This document shows, one piece after another, positions 51,780-64,000 of a stretch of DNA of 64,000 bases (the first letter of the stretch is position 1; each line of letters begins with the position of its first letter). Source of the DNA: Octopus bimaculoides (taxonomy: Eukaryota); contig NC_068985.1 of the NCBI RefSeq assembly GCF_001194135.2, forward strand, positions 121,817,096 through 121,881,095, written 5' to 3'. The notes beneath the pieces are model-generated. The model saw only the letters and a list, made by a program, of their open reading frames with translations, did not search any database and was not told the DNA's origin. The position numbers were made by a program, and so were the translations under genes.

Positions 51780-52302
51780 NNNNNNNNNNNNNNNNNNNNN
51801 NNNNNNNNNNNNNNNNNNNNNNNNNNNNNNNNNNNNNNNNNNNNNNNNNNNNNNNNNNNNNNNNNNNNNNNNNNNNNNNNNNNNNNNNNNNNNNNNNNNN
51901 NNNNNNNNNNNNNNNNNNNNNNNNNNNNNNNNNNNNNNNNNNNNNNNNNNNNNNNNNNNNNNNNNNNNNNNNNNNNNNNNNNNNNNNNNNNNNNNNNNNN
52001 NNNNNNNNNNNNNNNNNNNNNNNNNNNNNNNNNNNNNNNNNNNNNNNNNNNNNNNNNNNNNNNNNNNNNNNGTCTGCAGATGCCAAACCAGCAGGGGGAC
52101 ACTGCTGACCTCCCCTGTTCGAAGGTTATAAAGGACACAGGTTTCGTGTGTCACATAGCTAGCTAGAGGCGATGGCTTCTTGGAGCTAATTCACGGCAGC
52201 TTTCGTCCTAATTTTGGGACTGCCATGTTGGCTTGGCGATAACTATTAATTTCCAGTACCGCTGCCGTAGTCTCCTTTAGAGAGACTTAGAAATATTAAT
52301 AA

Positions 52303-52336
<34 letters not shown>

Positions 52337-52389
52337 GAAAAAATTGAGTCAACAAGAAGGAGTACGATTGGACATTCATTTTTTAATCA

Positions 52390-53611
52390 CTACAATTGTT
52401 TCCACACAATGAAGTTCTCCAGGATTGCAGGTACTTGATTATGCAACTGTTTCCCTGTTGTCCATCAGCAATTCGTCCACAGGGTCCTGCTCTAAGAATA
52501 CCTCATTTAGAATACGTGCCATCTCATCTGCAGTGCCTGCCCTCAATTCCCTCCAAATGACCATCCAGCCTGGCCCACAATTGACCATCGAGAGATATAT
52601 CCCCTGCCAGTAGTTTGTTATATCCACTGCTAGTCATCTCCAGTTGTGCTCTACCAAAATGTTTCCCTGCTTATGCACACCCAGAGCATGGTTGATAGAT
52701 TGTCACCTGTCGCAGTTTCCGACCACCTTTTGGATGCTCTGTCTGGTAACGTCGGCGTCAATCCTCCTGGCAAAATACAGGGTCCTATCCATGCCCATGT
52801 GATACATGGCATGCAGTCTCCTTAGCTTGGAGTCATTTAACTGACACACTGCGGCTACCCCTTGCTTCAATTCTTCTGGCTCCCCTAACCAGGCCTTTTT
52901 TTTACCCTGGCTACAATTTCGGGTAATATGCCCAGTCTGTTTGCACCAGTAGCAAACTGGTCCAGGCTCCATGCAGTCTGTCACCATGTGCAGTCCTTGG
53001 CACTTAAAACACCAGCTTGTGAATGGCTGCTGTCATTCCACAGCAGGCCTCTTTTCGTCCTTCACTGGCCAGTGCACAGCATCACGGAGTTCTACAACTG
53101 CCATCACCACTGCCCTCTGCCTGGTGTTTTGTGTCAACATGTGGGCTTGAACGATAAGCTCGCTCATCACCATTTTGTTGCAACCTGGTAAATGTTGTAG
53201 TCACACCAACACATCATGGGGAAAGTCATTCACAAAGGCTAGTCACGCTACTTTCTCAAGGCCCTCACCAGACAACACAACCAGCCTCTGTACCTCCACA
53301 GTGTAGTTGTCATCCTGTTCCCCTCTCTATCTGATCATTCCCAGCTTAGCAAAAGCGGCGTACTCTCCATCTATGTAAGCCTCTCTCAAGCATTGCTCAA
53401 CCTTCGCTGCGCAGAGTTGTTCTTCTGCATCAATTTCGAGGTACAGTGCCAGTGCACTCCCCTCCAAATACAGCACCACAAGGCTCGCTACATCTTCAAT
53501 GCCTTGTAGCCTGACCACAACTTTGACCTTTCGAATCCAGGCCACCACATCACCTTCACTATAGAAAGGTCTGATGACATCACTGTTGATCCTTATCTTT
53601 GCTGCCATCAT
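52390..53611 (-). mobile_element. Gypsy/Ty3-like LTR retrotransposon remnant (gag, CCHC knuckle, integrase fragments) inside an FDXR intron
   Basis: gag-like ORF 53611-53327 (DVVAWIRKVKVVVRLQGIEDVASLVVLYLEGSALALYL). Knuckle CYWCKQTGHITRNC at about 52954-52913. Integrase HHCC (LHAMYHMGMDRT...VGNCDR) and core (DITNYWQG...NEVFLEQDPVDELLMDN). No LTRs recognised. Confidence 0.8.
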
Positions 53612-54220
53612 ATATCAAGAAGACAATGACATCTATATACAATTGCCGAAATAGCTTGTTATGCATGGGAAATGAAAAGAGATTCATTTACCTTTCTCTC
53701 TTGTCTGCACCTGTCTAGTAGTAGTCACTCTGGCAATCCTGCCCTACCCAGTCACCCAGTATAAGCAGCTGCTATCTGACCAACCTGGGAGTGAATTCCC
53801 TGATGTCTGTTCATGATGCCTTGGTGGGCAAGAAGAGGCTGACCCTCCCCTGTCACCCGGCACTTCCCTTCTCATGCTTGCTCTTCTGGTCAGTCCCTTG
53901 ACCATTGACGTCATGGCGCTCTTCTTCCAGCTCATCCCACAGATTCATTGACTAATCTAGTCTTAGATATACAAAAGATGAGAGATTTATGGCTGAAATG
54001 CATTTACTCATAGGCCTACTCAACAAGATCTGCCATGGAATTAAAAGACAATAATGGAATTATTAAAAAAAGACCAACTTAATGATAGGAATTGAATTAC
54101 AAATCTTGTACAGATAAGTGTACTAACCATTACATCTGACCAAATTCTTGTCTTTTTTTCAAATTAATCTTGAAAAGTTTGTCTACAGTTGTAAGCATTT
54201 AGCTCAAAACAAACTTATAC

Positions 54221-54436
54221 TCTTTACTCTTTTACTCTTTTACTTGTTTCAGTAATTTGACTGTGGCCATGCTGGAGCACTGCCTTTAGTTCAACAAGGA
54301 CTTATTCTTTGTAAGCCTAGTACTTATTCTATCGGTCTCTTTTGCCGAACCGCTACGTTACGGGGACGTAAACACACCACCATCGGTTGTCAAGCGATGT
54401 TGGGGGGGGACAAACACAGACACACAAACATATACA

Positions 54437-54477
<41 letters not shown>

Positions 54478-54648
54478 ATACATACAATGGGCTTCTTTCA
54501 GTTTCCGTCTACCAAATCCACTCACAAGGCTTTGGTCGGTCCAAGGCTATAGTAGAAGACACTTGCCCAAGGTGCCACGCAGTGGGAATGAACCTGGAAC
54601 CATGTGGTTGGTAAGCAAACTACTTACCACACAGCCACTCCTGCGCCT
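54221..54648 (-). mobile_element. tRNA-derived SINE (family A), full-length, young-looking copy
   Basis: CpG-retaining copy colinear with 1853-2220, with an internal (CA)n and a tail of (tttactct)n. Confidence 0.9.
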
Positions 54649-55135
54649 CATATATATATATTTCACTAGGAATTTGCTCAGGAATTTAGTCAGTTGGAGT
54701 TTTGTTTTTTAATACAATAAGATATCCTACCTTCATTCAGTGTATAGGCAAAAATCACCCTCTCATAGTGTGAATAATTCATAAATTAATGTACAAGTTG
54801 CTTTTTGTTTTTTTGCTTTTTTTTTGTTACATATATAAGCAATAATCTAATGGTGTGTGTTTGTAACAACAGATCTTCTGCTGACAGAAATCAGGTCATA
54901 CATTTCTCACTTGCTTGGATTAGGTGTGAGCTCCTTGACTGTTGTTGTGACACACATTCCTACATTTCTTGCCCATGACATCTCAGTTGCATTGGTTTGG
55001 GATGAAGTCAGGACAATATTCCACTAAATTCTAAGACTAAACACTAGAATAATACTATTACAAACTCTCAAATTAATTCAAAACAAGTACTACAACAAAA
55101 CTAGAACAAATACACTGTAATAAACTTGAGAACAT

Positions 55136-55245
55136 ACTAGAATAAACACTAGAATAAACACTAGAATAAACACTAGAATAAACACTAGAATAACACTAAA
55201 ATAACACTAAAATAACACTAGAACAATACTTTAGAACAATACTTT
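55136..55245. repeat. 12-bp minisatellite (AATAAACACTAG)n with decayed flanks
   Basis: At least four near-perfect consecutive units at 55141-55190, plus variants. Confidence 0.85.
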
Positions 55246-55687
55246 AACAAATTAATAAAGGAACACTAGCAAAAAAGAAAACACTTAATGCTGAAAACAA
55301 ATGTTAAATTAATACTTGTGTAAATACTTGAACAAACATTGAATCGGACATGCGAATAAATAGAAAGCAGTAGCATAATACACCCTAGTTGTTGGAGAGA
55401 ATGTTTCTTTACATCTTGTCAACTTTAATTATTTCAACAGTGAAATGAGAGGAATAGCAATGGGAAAGAAAAGCAGATTAATTGTAAAGTAGTAGGATCT
55501 GAGGAAACTAATGATAGTACAAGAAGTAACAACATGGAATAAGTTAGTTATTCCTTTAGAGTAAGCCTTGTCTTGTGCTAATGGAAAAATACAATGGTTG
55601 TAGCAAGGTCTGAGCTCTTAGCCATGTGGTCTATATTCCAACATCTTAAAATCACAGTTCTTAAATTAGTATCCATTGCTTGGTCTT

Positions 55688-56190
55688 CTGACATCTATTG
55701 CTTGTTTTTCTGATATCCTCATATTTATCACTTGATCTGTGGACACCTATCATTTGTTCTGCAGATGTCTGCTGCTTGATATGCTGACATTTACTGTTTG
55801 TTTCTCTAACATCTATGTTTTGATCCTCTGGTATCTAGAGCTTGACCCACTGACATCTGCTACTTGGTCCTCTGGCATCTACAGCTTGGTGTGCTGACAT
55901 TTGCCACTTGATCCTTTAGCATCCACTACTTAATTTTTGACATTTACTTTCTGATCCACTGATATCTACAAGTTTATCTACTGACATCTACTTCTTGATA
56001 ATGTGACATCTGCTGTTTGAACTGTTGATATTTGCCATTTGATCCTCTGGTATATACTGCTAGATCTACTGACATCTGTGGCTTGATCTGCTAACATCCA
56101 CTATTTGATCCTCTGACAACTACTGTTTTATCTGCTGCTTGATCCTCTAACACTTACAGCTTGATCTGTTGACATATACTGTTTGATTCT
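55688..56190. repeat. Highly diverged 22-bp tandem repeat (consensus about CTGACATCTACTGCTTGATCCT), roughly 20 units
   Basis: Units were counted manually at a 22-nt period from about 55850 to 56120. The period is not a multiple of 3. Confidence 0.8.
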
Positions 56191-56369
56191 CTTATAAACA
56201 TTGCTTATAAGTGGTGAATTGGGTTAGACACTTGAACACAGTTAAAACAAATGTCTTGTAGCATTTGTTCCAACTCTGCGTACTGTTTGTTCAAATCCTA
56301 TCAAGTCAACTCTGTCTTAGATCCTTCCTTTCAAAGTCAATAATGTACCAGTCCAATAATAGGGCCCCC

Positions 56370-56483
<114 letters not shown>

Positions 56484-56855
56484 AATTGGCTATGGCCAGA
56501 CCTACAGTGGGCTAGGTCCTATCAGGCTAAATAGTCAAAGCAAGTTGAGTGTCATAACATCATTATGAATCCATTAGGACTGAAGGCTCAAAGAAGGCAG
56601 GATCTATTGTTCTATCTGCTGGCATCTGTTGCTTGATGTTGAGCACCAAGAGAACCCTGACAGAACAGATGTATTTTACCTGATCAAGGACATTACAACC
56701 TTGATTATTCCATCTTTTTAGTGGGTATGTAGGACTACATGTATGTGTATGTGTGTGTGTGTGTCTATGTATGTGTGTGATTAACTTATGTTAGTTTGCA
56801 TTTTTATCTTTAGATAACTTTAATACCTCTTTTGCTTTCTTCCTTTCCTGAACAG

Positions 56856-56951
56856 GGAGATGCGTCTGTAGAAGTGGACATTTATGAACGTCTTCCAGTG
56901 CCTTTTGGATTAGTTCGATATGGGGTGGCACCTGACCACCCTGAAGTAAAA
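56856..56951 (+). CDS. FDXR: FDXR second coding exon
   Basis: Polypyrimidine tract and aacag acceptor. Translates [32 protein letters not shown], which carries the FDXR signature [17 protein letters not shown] and is in frame with exon 51512-51655. Likely donor is GC (AAA|GCAAGT). The next exon was not found in the window. Confidence 0.93.
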
Positions 56952-59900
56952 GCAAGTATTCTATATATATATATATATCTTAAATTCTTTTTTAATTCTA
57001 TATATATTAAATTCTATTTTTGAAAATGTTAGTGTTGAAACTCTTCATATCTATCTTGTCTTGTTGTGTAGTCCTAGACGAACCCTGATTAAGCAGACCT
57101 AGATCATTCTTTTCTTTTTCTCAGGTATATCACATTCAAGACTACATTCAATGTGTCCCTCTTTTTAAAGAGAGCTGGGCATTGTTGGAGGCATATCTTG
57201 CTGCTATTTCTTGCGAATTGACTTAATACATAAAGGCTTCCTTGTAGGCTTGTACAAGTTTTACTTATTGTTTATCCTTAGTCAGCTCTGGTTGTGCAGA
57301 TGTTTGATTAAGGCCTTCCAGCCATGACCTTCTCATCTTTTAGTATATCAAAGACATATTCGTGGTGATCGGGGATTTTCAAAAATATAATATAAGGCTT
57401 TAGAAAATTCATACTAATCAGTTACAGATGTATGACTGTATGGGTAAGAAGCTTGCTTCCCAACCATGTGGTCTTGGGTTCAGTCATACTGTTTGGAATC
57501 TTGAACAAATGTCTACTACAATACCCCCAAGCTCGTTCTGGGAATGTGACAAACTTACTTTTATCAAACCAACAAGCTGGGCATAGCCATTACTCATAAG
57601 TGTGTTTGACTTGATATAAGTACTTTGCTCATTGTTTTGATAAAAATGAGTTGTACCTGCAATTCAAAAGGCCAACCTTGTCACATTCCATGTTATGCTG
57701 AATTTCCCTGAGAACTACATTAATGGTATGTGTGTCTCTGGAGTGCTCAGCCACATGCATGTTAATTTCACGAGCAAGTTGTTATGTTGATTGGATCAAC
57801 TGGAACCTTCATCGTTGTAACAGATAGAGTGCTTTTTTTTAGATACTTATGTGGTCACAAGCAGACAGAGACACCTTCTCAGCCTTGGTAACTATTCCAA
57901 ACCCCCACTTTGACTTTCCTGTCTCTTATCATTACAGGTGTGTTTTACACTGCTCAGCTTTGTCCAACCCTTTCTTCTCAGAATGTCACCCTCTAGAGTA
58001 TTTTCCCTGCTCATGTATTTCTTGCAGGTCTACTTCAGTTTAAACAAAATAAATATCAAACTCACTGACCTTAAAGGGTCTGCAAAAGCCACCAGGTAAG
58101 GCTTTCCTGCAGACTCAACAAACAAATAAAAACAAAATTATGCACGTTATCACCTTCATTTTGATGTGCTTGTGTTATACCAAGATGTATGTTATATTCA
58201 AGGTGTCACATAAAAAGCACTGGTGATGGTGCCACATTAAAAACACCCACTACACCCTGTAAAGTGGTTGGCATTAAGGAAGGCATCTAGCTGTAGTAAC
58301 CAAACCAAAATAGAGTATGGAACTTGGTGCGGCCCCTGGCCTTGCCAGTTCTTGTCAAGCTGTCCAGCATAGAAAACAGCATGTCAGCATGGAAAACAGA
58401 CGTTAAATGTTGATGATGATGAAGAGGAGGATCAGCATCCTGGTCTACTTAACATGTGTTGTGCTCTCACTCCCTTTACCCACTTACTCTGGTTCTTCTT
58501 TCATTGCTATATCTCTTCTATTCACTCTCTTGGTTTTGTTTACTTTGAACAAATGGAGACACTATGAAGCAATGAGGACTCTTTAGATTATGGCACACAA
58601 GGCAACCTCACTAGTATTGATGCCACAATAAAATGCACTTAGTTCACTCTGTAATGTGGTAGGTGCAAGGGAGAATATTTGGGTGTAGAAACCATGCCAA
58701 AACTGGAATGCATGAGCAGGATGTGGTCCTCCGACTCATCTCAGAAGGTAAATTACTCTGCATAAGTACTAACTTGGTATAATCAATGCCATCATAGAAA
58801 GCAGCCATATGATGATGACAGAAATGATGACAGCAGTAGTGGCAGCAGCAGCAGCAGTAGAAGCAGCAACAACAATAGCAATGAGGGCAACAATCCTACC
58901 AAATGATAAAAAAAAAACAAAAGGAATTCCAAAATCATATTAATACCAAAGTTCAAGAGTTACATTGACTATGGCTGAATTATAAACAGAAATGAAGAGA
59001 TAAAGATAAAATGGGAATATTAGTTCTAAATAAGTTCCTTATCTCTCTCTTGTACAGAGAACCAGCATTACACCCTCTCCCCACTTATGCTACTACTGTT
59101 CCATTGTTAATTGGGTGCGACATCTGTTATCCATTTATTCACATGCCATTCCTTTTGTTTGTTATTATTTGCCCCTTCTCTCTCCACCTCTGGCTATTTT
59201 TATTATTGTTGTTGTTGTTAGCATAAAACAGGAATAGAGATTGATCTCTCCTAAGAGGTAGCTTACTAAGGTTTACAGATTGACTTAAAAACATTGTAGT
59301 GTGTATGTGTGTGTGAGGGAGGGAGAGAGAGAGAGAGAGAGAGATGCTTGTGTATGTCCGTATGTGTGTTTTGCTTTGCCTTGAGCCCTCAACTCCTGAT
59401 GAAATCAGAAAGGCATACCTACAATGCCTTGGTCATCTGAATCTTGTTGAGTACTTCTCTCTCAAGGGAAAGAAAGAGGTGAAAAGAGAGAGGACTCCAT
59501 CATTTAAACTGCTAACACCATTTGAGCAATGATAGTATCTAACATCTACAGCTACCTCTGTTGTATTCTCTCCTCCCTCTCATCGTTATTCATGCTGACC
59601 CAGACCAACAGTAACCTTCCAATTCTGAGCCTTTACATAAGTAGTTGCTTAACCTGTTAGAAATAGCAACAACATTTCTTCAAATAATACCCTACTGTCT
59701 TTATAAAACAAAATAAAGCAGATGTATGTGTGGCTGCATGGTAAGAAGTTTGCTTCCCAGCTTCCAAACCACATGGTTCTGGGTTCAATCCCACTGCATG
59801 GGCAAATGTCTTCTATTCTCATTCTGAGTCAACCAAAGGCTTGTGAAAAGATCTGGTAGATCATGATTCTAGGTTTTGTTTTTATGCCTGGTGTTTATTC

Positions 59901-61707
59901 TCTCATTCAGCTACAGAATTAGACAAGAAATTTCAAGCATGGAAGTAAACTACAGTTCATTAAGTAAAAGGACAAAAATGTGTTGATCCATGATTCAGTC
60001 CATTATATCAAAATAGTTTATCGACCTTTGATACCAATAGTTGGTCAATGTATTTGATTTCTAGGTAAGCTAGGATTGAAAGTTGTGATGTTCATAACTT
60101 CTGTAAATGGCTCATAACAGTATAAAAGATGGAAGTGAGCTACAACTGAGAAGTAAAATGAAACCACAACCTTAATTTAGTAACTCACCTTCTCAACTTA
60201 CTCTCAAGCCTTTCCTACCCCCCCCCCCCACATCTACCTGTATGTGTTTCCAATCATGACTGACACAAGACTAATTATTGAGGCTTTGCTTTGTTATTCA
60301 TATAGTGAAACATAATTAACAAGACTTATGGATTGGGTAAATGCAATTATAACACTTCTGACACATGCATCAAACACATTTCTTTTTAGTTTCAGTGACA
60401 CTCCCCTCCTTGTTTGCATACCACTTAATTCCTTGAACTTCTCATAGCAAACAGCCTCACTGAAAATGACCCATCATCTCCATTCAACACACTCCTTTTG
60501 TAATGAAATATTTTAACACCTTTTACCTTCATGACATTTCCCAGCTAAAGCTCAAATAACTTGGCTCTCTATCTGTAACTCCTTCCATACACAATTAAAC
60601 AATTAATTGTAACCATTACATTAGTCAATAATAGTTAATAACCCTCTCACACTATTACATTTTCAATGAAACCATCACCACCACCACTACCACCATTGTC
60701 GGCATCATTATTGCTTTAACATCTACTTTTGCATGAGTGAGACAAAATTCATCGAGGCATATCTTATACAACTGGATACTCCTCCTACCGCCAACTTTTG
60801 TCTGTTTGCAAGTAAGGTAATATTTCTCCTAGCCATATATCTGTGGAATACTCAACTACTTAACGTATTAATTTAATGAATATGTAATTCACTTAAACAG
60901 TGAAGTACTCTTTGTCAAAACTGATGCTATATATCACTTAGTTGTATACACACACACACACATACACACACACACACGTACACACACACACACACACACA
61001 CACGTACACACTGTAAAGAGGGAGCCTCTACAGGGTTTATCAATCTGCTAGAAATAACAAACCAAAATTTCCTTCAACTTCCATACTATCAACTTAAAAA
61101 GGATCATGGATAGATTGGTCCAAGGTAACAATACTATGCAGGAAAAAAAATGGGATGGTCATTTCTGGAATGCCTTTGATTATAGGATTAGCCAAGGATT
61201 AAATAAACAACAACCAAAATATAAATTCACAACCACATACACTTAACTATCTATTACTTAAAATTCCAACTCAAAATATATATAATAATCTAGTTGCTTT
61301 CAGCTGTTCTAGCTTTACAATATCTACTGCTTGTCATCTATTCAAGAATAGTTTATTGCCCTGACTCGGGGCCAACAATATAAGATGGAAACAAAACAAA
61401 AAAGATAAATATTATTACTAGCACTAATGTAGCTTTTAGCTAGATAACTCTATTGACAATGCTTTTGTAGTGAAGGGAGTTTTAATACAGCATGTGTTAT
61501 GAATAAATTCTGTAATAGAGTACCAAGTACAAATGTATGTTATAGAGTACTTACCAATACAATATGGATTATGAATAAACCCTGTATTTAAGAGAGTACT
61601 GTCCAACACGATAGAACACCAATCAATGGGTTATGAATTAATTCTGTACTTAAATGTGTACCAATCAATACAATACAATTATGAATAAATTCTTTTATTT
61701 AGAGAGT

Positions 61708-62010
61708 GAGGCTCACAATCATGAGATAGTGAGTTCAGTTCCCAGACTGGGCTGTGTGTTGTGTTTTTGAGCAAGATGCTTTATTTCATGTTGCTCCAGC
61801 TCACCCAGCTGTAGAAATGAGTTGTGACATCACTGGTGCCAAGCTGTATTAGCCGCTGCCTTTCCCTTGGATAACATCGGTGGTGTGGAAAGGGGAGGCT
61901 GGTATGCATGGACAACTGCTGGTCTTCCATAAACAACCTTGCCCAGACTTGTACCTCAAAGGGTAACTTTCTACGTGCAATTCCTTGGTCATTCATGACC
62001 AAAGGGGGTT
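61708..62010 (+). mobile_element. tRNA-derived SINE (family C), decayed head
   Basis: Body colinear with 45488-45793 (tttcatgttgctccagctcacccagctgtagaaatgagttg...gggtaactttctacgtgcaatt). Confidence 0.75.
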
Positions 62011-63389
62011 TTTACCTTTCACCAACAAATATAACATGAATGAATAAATACTGTAGCATGGGAGATAGAATTGATTATCATTACAAAATAAAAATTCATT
62101 TGTTTTGCTTTAAAAATGTTGCAACTGTGATGCAAATATTTAATACCTTTTACATTCATTTAAGTTGTACAGTGTGGGAGCACGTGGAATAGTGGTTAGG
62201 GTGTTGGGCTCATGAGATTGTGGGTTTAGTTATTGGTTTAGGTGACGTGTTGTGTGCTTGAATCAGCCACTTCATTTCATGCTGCTCCAGTCTACTCAAA
62301 TGAAAATGAGTACCAATCTGGAGTTTGGTGCAGCCTTCTGGTCTTTCAGCTGTCACATCCTCAATGTTCTGCTGGGTCAATGGGTGAGAGGGCCATGAAA
62401 TTGGGTGAGAGACCCCAGTTAGGAACTCATTTGCATACAGCCAATCAGAGCTCAACTATCAAACTAATTTATAAGTGCATAACAAGTGATGGGTGATAAA
62501 ATAAGGTCACTTGGATAAGGAATGACCATGCTTCTTTTCTCTTTTAATAATGTTTGTTGTTTTTGTTCTTGTTCCAACCATGGCTGCCTCTGCATAATTA
62601 TTTGTGTTGTTGTTTACTTTGTAAAACAGTAATGGGAGAGGGTTGCTAGCACATCACCCTCCACCCACACTTTTCCCATCCACATCTTTACTATAAGGGA
62701 TCCTAACAAAACCCAATTATAGGTACAGATGCAAATCTGTCAAATTACTTGTCTCCTTCTAAAGTAAGGCATAATTTGGCGATCGGTCAACTACAACACC
62801 GTTCTTCATCTTGAGTTTACTTGGTAGAGTATTTTTTACAAATAGATTGGTTGTTTTTAACACATTTGCAAATGTTATGTTGTGCTTTGCTTCTAGGCAT
62901 AATCTGAAAGCTGAATGGATCTGATCCTTTGTTATCCACATGGCTGCCTCTGTGTAGTTGTTTGTGTACAACAAGGTGAAGGTGAGCTCTGATTGGCTGT
63001 ATGCAAATGAGCTCATTACTGGGGTCTAGAACTCTTGTGGGAAAAAAAATTTCACTAGAGGGTCAGCCAAGAGAATGTTTACATCTGCTCATGATTACAT
63101 AAGCACTTAGAACAATTACCAAAAGTATAGTGCAAGCTCCTAGGTCGTGCTGACTTGTGAGTGATAGGTGTAGTTTTAAAATTTGCCAATAATACAAGGC
63201 TACCAAACAACTCTTGGATTGTCAATGTCTAGCTTTAATAGCTGCTCCTTAAGTTAATGGGGTTTTTTCCCAATTCTCAATAACATGCTCTTTACCATAC
63301 AATTTAAAAAAAAAAACCCAAACTCAAAGATACTCAATTATAATAAAGTGATATATTCTAATATCAGTGTAAGATAGACTGATACATTA

Positions 63390-64000
63390 TATCATGTCAT
63401 TAAGAATGAAATGTCCAATTTTGAACTGAAAGTTTATTTTACTTTATCGCAACAAAAATCAGTGCAGTTAATCAAAGTATGCACCTAAATTATCAACACA
63501 ATTTTGCCATTTTATCGGTAGCTTATTTATGCTGGCAGCGAAGAATTCTGGAGTGCAAGAGGTGATGAAATCATGAAAGGCTGTTTTTGCATCTTCTTCA
63601 GATTTGAAGTTTTTTCCTTACAAAAAGTTGTCTAATGCCTGGAAAACATGATAGTCAGTTGGTGCAAGGTCTGTTGAATATGGTGGATGACAGAGTAATT
63701 CCAAGTTCAGTTCCTGTAACTTGAGTAGTGTTCCTTATGCAACATGTCATTGAGCATTGTCTTGCAATAGAATTGGCCTGTCTCTATTGACCAATTGTGG
63801 TTGTTTAATTGCAAGTTCACTCATCATTTCATCCAATTGGTTCATGTATACATCCACTGTAATTGACTTACCAGGTCTCATGATGCTGTAGTGGATGACA
63901 CCAGCACTGGACCGCCAAACAGACACCATTAGCTTTTTTTGGTGAATATTCTCTTTTGGATTGTGTTTTGGTGCTTCGTCTTCATCCAACCACCATGCAG
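63390..64000 (-). mobile_element. Mariner transposon 3' half (transposase pseudogene), running off the window
   Basis: Minus ORF 63989-63747 (QKKLMVSVW...GVIHY...ILLQDNA), continuing with stops to HPPYSTDLAPTDYHVF and KLPIKWQNCVDN...AYFD*. These are the mariner DDD-domain and YSPDLAP motifs. Confidence 0.9.

Noticed and set aside
53744-53935. GC-richer minus-strand ORF upstream of the Gypsy gag
   Set aside because: No recognisable domain or LTR signature. It may belong to the retroelement but cannot be assigned.
55688-56190. CRISPR-like array
   Set aside because: Eukaryotic intron, contiguous 22-bp units with no unique spacers, and no cas genes.
56952-64000. Third FDXR coding exon (expected NVI.TF...)
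   Set aside because: No matching frame with an acceptor was found by eye. It probably lies beyond the window.

Overview
This is AT-rich, repeat-dense animal genomic DNA with five N gaps. The SINE, RTE and (GAT)n-tail families look octopus-like (cephalopod); that assignment is by recognition only, not a database search. The only supportable host gene is the 5' part of NADPH:adrenodoxin/ferredoxin reductase (FDXR, + strand), with coding exons at 51512-51655 and 56856-56951. The second exon appears to end in a non-canonical GC donor. The rest is intergenic or intronic and filled with transposon relics: RTE LINEs, tRNA-derived SINEs, Penelope remnants, a hAT with 8-bp TSD, two mariners, a Gypsy fragment, a MITE with (TAACCC)n, and a short SAP+SWIM-encoding TIR element. 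The most interesting observation is a set of minimal type I hammerhead-ribozyme folds in apparently unrelated repeats: a near-canonical one at 34105-34149, one at 262-307 and a decayed one at 15811-15855. A diverged second copy of the sequence downstream of the 34.1 kb ribozyme sits at about 52090-52230, next to a gap. There is also a perfect 315-bp palindrome and a fold-back mariner. No CRISPR array, rRNA or true tRNA gene was seen.
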